Shown: piece after piece, positions 49,014-56,846 of the stretch
Numbering within the stretch: the stretch's first letter is position 1
Layout: every line of letters starts with the position of its first letter
DNA from: Candidatus Faecimonas gallistercoris
GTDB taxonomy: Bacteria; Bacillota_I; Bacilli_A; RF39; UBA660
Length of the DNA: 56,846 nt
Direction of reading: 5' to 3'
Assembly: GCA_018712565.1 (NCBI GenBank)
Contig: DVGU01000030.1
Location: forward strand, 1-56,846
Notes under the pieces: model-generated
What the model was told of the DNA's origin: nothing
The model's database searches: none
The model's input: only the letters and a program-made list of their open reading frames with translations
Translations under genes and position numbers: made by a program

Positions 49014-49508
49014 ATGAAAGAAAATATTTTAATTGCCAATCCATATAATGAAGAGCATATTCGCCTATTCCAACAATATGAACAAAGAAACAATCTATCA
49101 CCAACTACATCATCTTATTTGATAAAAATAAAAAATACGATGTCAGAACAAGAGTATAAACAGCTAGAACAAGAACGACCAGAAGTTGCAAAAACTATAT
49201 TTATGGTACAGAATGGAAAAATACTAACAACTATTCACTTAATAGGAGAAAAAGACAGAAAGAGTTGTAGAGCAACAACAGATAACATGTCGACTGCTAA
49301 AGTAGAAGAAAAAATGTTAGAAGAACTAGAAAATTATGTTTTTACAACTTTAGGTATGGAAGAACTCATTATACTGCAAGAAACAAGCAAAGAAAAATCT
49401 ACTAATTCCTTTATAAAAAGTAACTATGAAGATTTAGGTATGGAAGAGGGAATGCATGTATATATGAAAACCAAACCAAATAAAAAACAAACAGCCTATA
49501 ATAGATAA
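49014..49508 (+). CDS. hypothetical protein (164 aa) between pgk and tpiA
   Basis: Open frame starting 3 nt after the pgk stop. I recognise no family motif. Confidence 0.45.
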   Translation: MKENILIANPYNEEHIRLFQQYEQRNNLSPTTSSYLIKIKNTMSEQEYKQLEQERPEVAKTIFMVQNGKILTTIHLIGEKDRKSCRATTDNMSTAKVEEKMLEELENYVFTTLGMEELIILQETSKEKSTNSFIKSNYEDLGMEEGMHVYMKTKPNKKQTAYNR

Positions 49509-49519
49509 GGAGAAATAAC

Positions 49520-50221
49520 ATGATAATAGCTTTAAATAATAAATGTAATTTAACAAAACCAGAATTTATAACTTATCAAAAAGAATTAACTCATCTATCG
49601 ACAACAGCAACATTAATTTTATGTCCAAGTAGCTTATATTTAGGAGAAATAGCTCCTTCATCAATAAAATTAGGAGCCCAGAATGTAAGTAGTACAGAAT
49701 GTGGAGCCTATACTGGAGAAATCTCTGCTAGCCAGTTAAAGTCAGCATCAGTAAAGTATTGTATTGTAGGCCATTCAGAAAGAAGAGCCAATCAACATGA
49801 GACAGATGACGAAATTGCCAAAAAAATAAAATTATTATTAAAAGAAGAAATAATTCCAATACTTTGCGTAGGAGAAGATAAAACAAAAAGGCAAGAAAAT
49901 TTACAACTTCAAGTAATTATGGAAGAATTAAAGATGGCAATGAAAAATTTATCTATGGAAGAACAAAAGAAAGTAATTATCGCATATGAGCCAATTTGGT
50001 CAATTGGTACAGGAATAATCCCTACGAATAATCAAATTGAAGAAGTTATTAATGCAATAAAGAAATTATATCCAGAAAACCAAGTGTTATATGGTGGAAG
50101 TGCAAATGAAGAAAATATAGATGAATTAAAAAACATATCATGTATTGATGGCTATCTAATAGGAGGACTAAGTTTAAAACCAGAAAAGCTAAAAATATTT
50201 TTAGAAAAATTAGAAAATTAG
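49520..50221 (+). CDS. tpiA: triosephosphate isomerase (short form)
   Basis: VGHSERR and AYEPIWSIGTG motifs. 233 aa. Confidence 0.9.
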   Translation: MIIALNNKCNLTKPEFITYQKELTHLSTTATLILCPSSLYLGEIAPSSIKLGAQNVSSTECGAYTGEISASQLKSASVKYCIVGHSERRANQHETDDEIAKKIKLLLKEEIIPILCVGEDKTKRQENLQLQVIMEELKMAMKNLSMEEQKKVIIAYEPIWSIGTGIIPTNNQIEEVINAIKKLYPENQVLYGGSANEENIDELKNISCIDGYLIGGLSLKPEKLKIFLEKLEN

Positions 50222-50235
50222 ACAAATTAGACAGT

Positions 50236-50242
50236 TTCGACA
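50236..50242 (-). promoter_or_regulatory. single Spo0A box (TGTCGAA on the minus strand) upstream of spo0A, within the tpiA terminator hairpin
   Basis: TTCGACA is read on the + strand, about 80 nt upstream of the spo0A ATG. Confidence 0.3.
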
Positions 50243-50322
50243 AAACTTGTCTTTTTTTTCTCTATCATTTTTTGAAAAGCTAGTATATAATGAAAATACG
50301 TGCAGTACTGAGAGGAGAACAA

Positions 50323-51096
50323 ATGAAAAAGACAAAAGTATTAGTAGTAGATGATAATAAGAGTTTAGTAGAAATGATTAAGGAGTACTTCACAGAACGT
50401 CCTGATGTCACAATTTCGCTAGAGGCTTATGATGGTGCAGAGGGAATTCGTTTGATAGAAAAGAAACAAGATGAGTATGATATCGTTCTATTAGATTTAA
50501 TCATGCCTAATAAAGATGGAGTTGCAGTACTGGAATATATGAAGAAAAAATCAATTGATAAAAAAGTAATTGTCCTAACTTCATATAATACACAAGATAT
50601 GATTCGTAAAGTTTCTGAATTAGGAGTAAATTACTTTATTCTGAAACCATTTGAGTTAGAAGACTTAGAAAAGAGAATATTAGAAGTAGCCGAAGGTGTA
50701 AAGTTTGGTGGCAAAGAAGTAGACGTATATCATAACAATCTACAAATTGCTATTACCAAAACATTACATGAATTAGGTGTACCTTCACATATAAAAGGAT
50801 ATCAATATATTAGAGAAAGTATTTCTTTAGTATATGAAAGACCAGAAATAGTCGGTGGGATTACGAAAGAATTATATCCCGAAGTAGCAAAGAAATTTAA
50901 TACAACCGTATCTCGTGTAGAAAGAGCCATAAGACATGCAATTGAGGTAAGTTGGAATAGAGGTAACTGGCAATTGATGGAGGAGATATTTGGACATAGC
51001 GTAGATATTGATAAAGCCAAACCAACCAATTCAGAATTTATTGTAACAGTAGCCGATAAATTAAGATTAGAATTTAGTAAACCATTAGCAAATTAA
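50323..51096 (+). CDS. spo0A: sporulation master regulator Spo0A
   Basis: Receiver (VLVVDDN, LLDLIMP, LKPF) plus the diagnostic Spo0A C-terminal domain ([55 protein letters not shown]). ATG 50323 follows a GAGAGGAG SD. Confidence 0.93.
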   Translation: MKKTKVLVVDDNKSLVEMIKEYFTERPDVTISLEAYDGAEGIRLIEKKQDEYDIVLLDLIMPNKDGVAVLEYMKKKSIDKKVIVLTSYNTQDMIRKVSELGVNYFILKPFELEDLEKRILEVAEGVKFGGKEVDVYHNNLQIAITKTLHELGVPSHIKGYQYIRESISLVYERPEIVGGITKELYPEVAKKFNTTVSRVERAIRHAIEVSWNRGNWQLMEEIFGHSVDIDKAKPTNSEFIVTVADKLRLEFSKPLAN

Positions 51097-51188
51097 GACG
51101 ATAGCCCGTCTTTTTTTCTTCTTACATTGACTTTTTATAAGAAAAAACGTATACTTAATTTATAAATTGTGTAAGGAGGATACATATT

Positions 51189-52466
51189 ATGGAACGAAAA
51201 ATAATAAGTTTCCTACAAAAGTGGCAAAAAGATATTATCAGAAAACCATTGATTTTATATGGACCAAAACAAGTAGGTAAAAGTTATTCTGCCTTAGAGT
51301 TCGGACACAGAAACTATAAAAATACAATTTATTTTAACACCACCAACAATAAGACTATAGAAGAGTTATTTAAAAAGGAAAAGTCAACAGATCGCTTAAT
51401 TTTAAATTTATCTCTATTATCAAAAGAGACAATCTTACCAGAAGATACACTACTTATTTTTGATAATGTAAATAGTATTGAAATAGTAAAAGGATTAAAA
51501 TTATTTGGAAGTGAACGAAGTAAATATCACATAATAGCAATAACATCTCGTAGAGAAAATTTAATGGAATTTAAAGGTGAAGAATTGCAATTTAAAGGAA
51601 TGAATGAAATGGATTTTGAAGAGTTTTTGTGGGCAAAAAACGAAAAGGCCTTAGCAGAACTAATTAAAGAATCATTTACCAAGCATAAATCTTGTCCTTT
51701 CCATAAACTTGCTTTAGAATTATTCCAAGAATATTTAATGACTGGAGGATTTCCAGAAGTCATTACAGCAAATTTAGAGGGAAAAAGTGAATATGAAATA
51801 GATATTATTAAACAAAAAATCTTAGAAGTATATGAAAAAGAATTAATTTCTTGTAAAAACTTAATAGATATACCAAGGGGATTAGAAGTCATTGAGTCAT
51901 TACCAGAACAATTAAAAAAAGATAATAAGAAGTTTCAATATGGAGTAATTGGGACTGGAAGACGAGCAAAAGAATATGAAAATACCATTAGTTACTTAGT
52001 TAACAATCAAATAGTATATAGAAGTTACAAGGTTTCTACGGTAAAATCCCCATTAAGTAGCTGCCGTGAAAAAGATAGTTTTAAATTATATCTACCAGAT
52101 AATGGAATATTATTTTCCATGTTACATATTACTATGAAACAACTATTAAGTGATGAAAAAATAAAAGAAATCTTATATGAGAATAGTATAGCCAAAACTT
52201 TAGCAGAAGCGGGGTATGCACTATATTATTATCAATCAGAAGGAAAAGCAGAAGTGAATTTTGTAATTCAAAATAGAATGGGAAAAATTATTCCAATAGA
52301 GTTAATTACAAAATCAGATTCCAAGGCAAAATCCCTTTCTGTATTTATGAAAAAATTTACAGTAACCGAAGCTTATAGAGTCACAGAAAATAATTTTGCA
52401 ACAAAAAAAGATGTAAGATATATTCCAATATATGCCATCTTTTGTTTAAATGATAATAGAATGTAA
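51189..52466 (+). CDS. AAA-family ATPase with a DUF4143-type C-terminus
   Basis: LILYGPKQVGKS Walker A. About 425 aa, the typical AAA_14/DUF4143 size and layout. Confidence 0.7.
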   Translation: MERKIISFLQKWQKDIIRKPLILYGPKQVGKSYSALEFGHRNYKNTIYFNTTNNKTIEELFKKEKSTDRLILNLSLLSKETILPEDTLLIFDNVNSIEIVKGLKLFGSERSKYHIIAITSRRENLMEFKGEELQFKGMNEMDFEEFLWAKNEKALAELIKESFTKHKSCPFHKLALELFQEYLMTGGFPEVITANLEGKSEYEIDIIKQKILEVYEKELISCKNLIDIPRGLEVIESLPEQLKKDNKKFQYGVIGTGRRAKEYENTISYLVNNQIVYRSYKVSTVKSPLSSCREKDSFKLYLPDNGILFSMLHITMKQLLSDEKIKEILYENSIAKTLAEAGYALYYYQSEGKAEVNFVIQNRMGKIIPIELITKSDSKAKSLSVFMKKFTVTEAYRVTENNFATKKDVRYIPIYAIFCLNDNRM

Positions 52467-52478
52467 GGAGACGATGAT

Positions 52479-53981
52479 ATGAAAAAACCAATAGTATTAA
52501 TGATATTAGATGGATATGGATTAAGAGAAGAAACCCATGGAAATGCAGTTAAATTAGCAGATAATAAAGTATTTACAGAATTATGGAATACATATCCTCA
52601 TACAAAATTAACGGCCTCAGGACAATTAGTAGGACTTCCAAAAGGGCAAATGGGTAATAGTGAAGTTGGACATATGAATATTGGTGCCGGAAGAATTGTT
52701 TATCAACCTTTGGAATTAATTAACAAGTCAATTCAAGATAAGGAATTTTTTCAAAATAAAGAAATAAAAAAAGTAATGCATCATGTAAAAGAAAATGATT
52801 CTAAACTACATTTAATGGGACTTGTGAGTGATGGGGGAGTTCATTCTCATATTAATCATTTGCTAGCATTACTTGATATGTGTCAATTAGAAGGAGTAAA
52901 AGACGTATATCTTCATCTATTTACAGATGGCCGTGATGTACCACCAAAGAGTGCATATATATATATAGAAATGGTGGAAAATAAATTAAAAGAATTAGGA
53001 TTTGGAAAAATAGCCTCTATCTCAGGAAGATACTATGCAATGGATCGCGATAATAATTTTGATAGATTAATAAAAGCTTATGATGTCATTGTAAATAATA
53101 AAGGACAAATAGAACCATCCCCTAAAGAATATATAGAAAAAAGTTATAAAGAAGAAATAACTGATGAATTTTTCTTACCTGCTAAATTTACAGAACATGG
53201 TAATGTAGAAGAAAATGATGGAATTATTGCTTTCAACTTTAGAAAAGATAGACTACGTGAGCTATTTACAGCAATTACCAATCCTGATGCAGTAGATATG
53301 GAAACTAAAAAATTTAACAATGTTAAAACGCTAACTATGATGCCTGTAGTAGAATCTGTAAAAGCACCACACGCATTTAATGATCCAGAACTAACTAATA
53401 TTTTAGGAGAGTATATAGAAAAACAAGACCTATCACAATTAAGAATTGCGGAAACAGAAAAATATGCTCATGTTACCTTCTTCTTTGATGGAGGAAAAGA
53501 AGTAGACTACAAAAACGAAAAGAAAATACTAATACCATCACCAAAAGTTGCAACTTATGATTTAAAACCAGAAATGAGTGCTGATGAAGTAACAGAAAAA
53601 TTACTTGCAGAACTACCACATACAGATTTAGTTATATTAAACTTTGCAAATGGTGATATGGTAGGACACACAGGAGTCTTAGAAGCAGCTATCAAAGCTG
53701 TAGAAACAGTAGATAAAGACATAAAACGAATTTATGATAAAGTAATGGAGTTAGGTGGAACTTTAATTGTAACAGCGGATCACGGAAATTGTGAAGAAAT
53801 GCTAGATGATAATAATAACATAGTAACATCCCATACGACTAATCCTGTGCCATTTATCATAACGGAAAAAGGTTTAAAATTACATGAAGGAAAACTAGGG
53901 GATATTGCTCCAACAATATTAGATTTAATGAACATAGAAAAACCAAACGAAATGACAGGAGAAAGTTTAATAGAAAAATAG
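52479..53981 (+). CDS. gpmI: 2,3-bisphosphoglycerate-independent phosphoglycerate mutase
   Basis: LMILDGYG, MGNSEVGH (catalytic Ser), TADHGN motifs. 500 aa. Confidence 0.96.
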   Translation: MKKPIVLMILDGYGLREETHGNAVKLADNKVFTELWNTYPHTKLTASGQLVGLPKGQMGNSEVGHMNIGAGRIVYQPLELINKSIQDKEFFQNKEIKKVMHHVKENDSKLHLMGLVSDGGVHSHINHLLALLDMCQLEGVKDVYLHLFTDGRDVPPKSAYIYIEMVENKLKELGFGKIASISGRYYAMDRDNNFDRLIKAYDVIVNNKGQIEPSPKEYIEKSYKEEITDEFFLPAKFTEHGNVEENDGIIAFNFRKDRLRELFTAITNPDAVDMETKKFNNVKTLTMMPVVESVKAPHAFNDPELTNILGEYIEKQDLSQLRIAETEKYAHVTFFFDGGKEVDYKNEKKILIPSPKVATYDLKPEMSADEVTEKLLAELPHTDLVILNFANGDMVGHTGVLEAAIKAVETVDKDIKRIYDKVMELGGTLIVTADHGNCEEMLDDNNNIVTSHTTNPVPFIITEKGLKLHEGKLGDIAPTILDLMNIEKPNEMTGESLIEK

Positions 53982-54012
53982 CATAACCCAAAAAACAATA
54001 CATAAGAAAAAT

Positions 54013-54057
54013 CAAGGATGTAAAATGATTTTCTATCACATTCATCCTTGTTTTTTT
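54013..54057. terminator. terminator after gpmI (also faces the convergent XRE gene)
   Basis: CAAGGATG / CATCCTTG stem, followed by TTTTTTT. Confidence 0.65.
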
Positions 54058-54083
54058 ACGATATAAATTATGAAAAGCAACAA

Positions 54084-54383
54084 TTAAGAATAATTATTTT
54101 TCTTCATAGCTTTTTCTACAGTTTTTCTAAAAGCATTCATATCAAAATCTAATAAAGTATTTAAATCTACATCCAATGCTTTAGCAATTCTCCATACAGT
54201 AAAAGCAGAGAAAGAGTTTTTACCTTTAAGAGACTCTAAGGAACGAATAAACTCATGGGATACATCGATTTCTTCAGCTAGCTTTGCCTGAGTCCAGCCT
54301 TTCTCTAATCTTGCTTCTCGAATATGTTCAATGACTACTTTTTTAAAAAAGCTCTCATATAATTTTCTTTCTTCTCGGCTCAT
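54084..54383 (-). CDS. XRE-family HTH transcriptional regulator
   Basis: GWTQAKLAEEIDVSHEFIRSLE HTH. ATG 54383 is preferred because it follows a GGAAGG SD. Divergent from dinB. Confidence 0.75.
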   Translation of the reverse strand: MSREERKLYESFFKKVVIEHIREARLEKGWTQAKLAEEIDVSHEFIRSLESLKGKNSFSAFTVWRIAKALDVDLNTLLDFDMNAFRKTVEKAMKKNNYS

Positions 54384-54515
54384 ACTACCCACCTTCCAAA
54401 ATTAGTATGCCCAAAATAAGAAAAATAATATGTAAACCAAAAAACTACATTTATCCTTAGCTGTTCGATTGTAGGATGAAAAAAAATAATTTATAATATA
54501 ACTTGAGGAGATAAA

Positions 54516-55742
54516 ATGAAAGAAAGATTAATTTTTCATATTGATGTTAATAATGCATTTTTATCATGGACAGCCGTACTATTATTAAAGCAAGGATATC
54601 AAAAAGATATTAGGACGATACCAGCAATCATTGGTGGAGATAAATCAAAACGTCATGGAATTGTATTAGCTAAGTCACCTATTGCCAAGAAATTTGGTAT
54701 AAAAACAGCCGAGACAATATATCAAGCGAAAAAGAAATGTCCCAAATTAGAAATCTATCCACCAGATTATAAATGGTATTATAAACAGTCACAAAATTTA
54801 TTTAATTATTTATCTCAGTATTCACCCCAACTTGAAAAGTTTTCAATCGATGAATGTTTCTTAGATATGACAGGTACAAACTATTTATATAAAGACTATT
54901 ATGCTTTAGCAATCAAAATAAAAGAAGATATTAAAACAAAATTTGGTTTTACAGTAAATATTGGAATTGGTAATAATAAACTATGTGCCAAAATGGCATC
55001 GGACTTTGAAAAGCCAGACAAAGTACATACCGTATTAAAACAAGAAATTGAAACGAAACTATGGCCTCTAGATGTAGGGAATTTATTTATGGTCGGTAAA
55101 AGAACAAAAGAAGAATTGAATAAATTAAACATTTATACAATCAAAGACCTTGCTTTTACAAACGATAAAATATTAGAGAAAAAATTTAAAAATCAAGCAA
55201 AGTATTTAAAAGAGTCCGCCTGGGGAATAGATAATACGAAAGTAACACCAAAAAGTGAAAAAACAACAAGTATCTCCACAACAGAAACGCTTGCCTATGA
55301 TCATACAGATGAAGAAAAGTTAAAAGATATATTATTTAGACAAACAGAAGATGTAGCAAGAGAATTAAGAAAACAAAAGCAATATGCCAAAACTGTTGCA
55401 GTTGTCTATAAAAATAATCACTTTCAAAATTACTCAGCCCAGGCAAAATTACCACATCAAACAAATAATACAAAAGAAATTTATAAATTAGTAATAGAAA
55501 TATTTAATAAAAGTTATAAAAAAGATCCAATTCGTTTAATTGGCGTGAGATTATCAGATTTACAAGAGACAAAAGAAAGACAAATGACTTTATTTGAAGA
55601 AAATTATGATAATGAACAAAAAGAAGAAGAAATTCAAAAAACAATTGATAATATTAATCAAAAATTCGGAAAATCAATCGTGGCACCAGCATCATTAAAG
55701 ATTATAGGAAATCCAAAATCTAAAAGAAATTTAAAAGACTAA
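54516..55742 (+). CDS. dinB: Y-family DNA polymerase IV
   Basis: IFHIDVNNAFLS, SIDECFLD, and the palm/little-finger layout. 408 aa. Confidence 0.9.
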   Translation: MKERLIFHIDVNNAFLSWTAVLLLKQGYQKDIRTIPAIIGGDKSKRHGIVLAKSPIAKKFGIKTAETIYQAKKKCPKLEIYPPDYKWYYKQSQNLFNYLSQYSPQLEKFSIDECFLDMTGTNYLYKDYYALAIKIKEDIKTKFGFTVNIGIGNNKLCAKMASDFEKPDKVHTVLKQEIETKLWPLDVGNLFMVGKRTKEELNKLNIYTIKDLAFTNDKILEKKFKNQAKYLKESAWGIDNTKVTPKSEKTTSISTTETLAYDHTDEEKLKDILFRQTEDVARELRKQKQYAKTVAVVYKNNHFQNYSAQAKLPHQTNNTKEIYKLVIEIFNKSYKKDPIRLIGVRLSDLQETKERQMTLFEENYDNEQKEEEIQKTIDNINQKFGKSIVAPASLKIIGNPKSKRNLKD

Positions 55743-55840
55743 ATTTTGACAAAATAATTCTTATAAGTATAGAATAAAATGAAAAGAAAGGAGAGGATAC
55801 TATAAAAAGTTTAAAAAAAGTACAAATAGAACCATTTAAG

Positions 55841-56287
55841 ATGGAAATATTAAATAATATGGTGACAGAGGAAATAGTTAATGCCTTAGCAAAAGACGAG
55901 GCAGAGTTTATAGAAGGTATTGTTGCAACAGGGCAGGAATTTGGAGCGATACCAGGATCAGGAGTTAATCTACTATTTTTATATAATGGTTATGCACCAG
56001 TAATGGTAGAATCAAAATATATAGAAAATGCAGACATCAAAATGTATGTTCATACAGAAAGTACAGGAATATGGCAACTAGATAATGAAAAAATGAGAAC
56101 TACAATGTTTGCTAATTATTCCTGGGAACAAGAAGTAAAATATGGAACAATTTTATATGATAGAACCGACAATGTAAAAAAATTACGTGAAAGCTTATTA
56201 GAGGAAGGAACAAATGATATTAATTCTTGGGCCGCAATGTGCGAATTCGAGCCACCAGTACAATATAAAAAAAGAGCAAAAAAATAA
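55841..56287 (+). CDS. hypothetical protein downstream of dinB
   Basis: 148-aa ORF. The frame is open upstream to 55778, and a strong SD (AAAGGAGAGG, 55787-55796) is followed by ATA at 55802, so the true start is uncertain. Confidence 0.45.
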   Translation: MEILNNMVTEEIVNALAKDEAEFIEGIVATGQEFGAIPGSGVNLLFLYNGYAPVMVESKYIENADIKMYVHTESTGIWQLDNEKMRTTMFANYSWEQEVKYGTILYDRTDNVKKLRESLLEEGTNDINSWAAMCEFEPPVQYKKRAKK

Positions 56288-56397
56288 AAAGACATATTTT
56301 GCAACTGCTGAAAAAACATACAAAGATTACTGTAAATTATATCAGTAGTCTTTTTCTTTTGATACAATATAGATGGTAGATATAAAGAGATTGATAT

Positions 56398-56846
56398 ATG
56401 ACGATAAAGCAAAAGAATCAATTAGAATTAAATTTTAGTAAGTATTCCGAACTTTATAATATGGTAATAAAAGAAGAAAAATTTTGGAAACAGTTAAATG
56501 ATATGGCAGATTTACTATTTTACCAGGAGTAAAAGAACAAATAGAGTATTTAGAAGAAACTATGAATGATACAGAAATAGAATTAGAATATTCAAAAGAT
56601 CAAGATACAAAAGTAGGACATAAAACTGCTGATACATCATTTTTGGATACAAAACTCAAATAGCCATGACACCAGAGCAAATTATTACAGCCACAACTAT
56701 TACTAGTGGTGAAAGACATGATGGTAAAGAACTAGTTAATCTAATAAAGAAAAGCAAAAATAATGGGATTAAAGTAGAGGCAGTAATTGGTGATGGGGCA
56801 TATTCTGAAAAAGACAATTTAGAATATTGTGAAGAAAATAATATTA
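56398..56846 (+). pseudogene. IS1182-family transposase remnant (internal deletion and frameshifts), runs off the window
   Basis: MTIKQKNQLELNFSKYSELYNMVIKEEKFWKQLNDMADL.. N-terminus, then a stop. Later ..GHKTADTSF..MTPEQIITAATITSGERHDGKELVNLIKKSKNNGIKVEAVIGDGAYSEKDNL is read in other frames. Confidence 0.6.

Noticed and set aside
1-56846. tRNA, rRNA, riboswitch or T-box elements
   Set aside because: I scanned the intergenic regions by eye. None showed cloverleaf-type, rRNA-like or familiar riboswitch core sequences. This is a weak negative without covariance-model searches.

Overview
This is an AT-rich (about 30% GC by eye, not computed), gene-dense chromosomal segment of a low-GC Bacillota genome from an endospore lineage (Spo0A is present). 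Most genes are on the + strand. The backbone follows the gene order I recall from Bacillus subtilis: hpf(yvyD)-secA-prfB, ftsEX, uvrBA, lgt, yvcK-whiA, clpP and gapA-pgk-tpiA-pgm. It is preceded by rpmE, rpiB, a SpoIIQ-like LytM protein, mreB/mbl, tagO and an agr-type quorum-sensing locus. Several insertions stand out against this backbone. (1) About 13 kb lies between secA and prfB. Its first 5 kb is bounded and subdivided by three direct copies of the last ~45 nt of secA, which suggests tandem accreted integrative elements. These carry a NUDIX gene, a KilA-N gene, a decayed tyrosine integrase, an HTH-Fic gene, a PHP remnant and a RhuM pseudogene. (2) About 5 kb lies between ftsEX-M23 and uvrB. 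It holds an 840-aa K/E-rich orphan protein whose C-terminus looks like a degenerate RNB (RNase II/R) domain, plus a decayed HExxH gene, an MBL hydrolase and a HAD hydrolase. (3) A small radical SAM/SPASM gene is translationally coupled to uvrB. (4) A 164-aa orphan ORF, and also spo0A plus a DUF4143 ATPase, are wedged into the glycolytic operon. A 41-codon AgrD-like propeptide gene that is absent from the ORF track sits downstream of agrB. Two perfect tandem Spo0A boxes lie in the agrB/csp divergent intergenic region. prfB shows the classical programmed +1 frameshift. Both window edges are IS transposase fragments. I recognised no rRNA, tRNA or CRISPR array. All family calls come from motif recognition by eye, and no searches were run.
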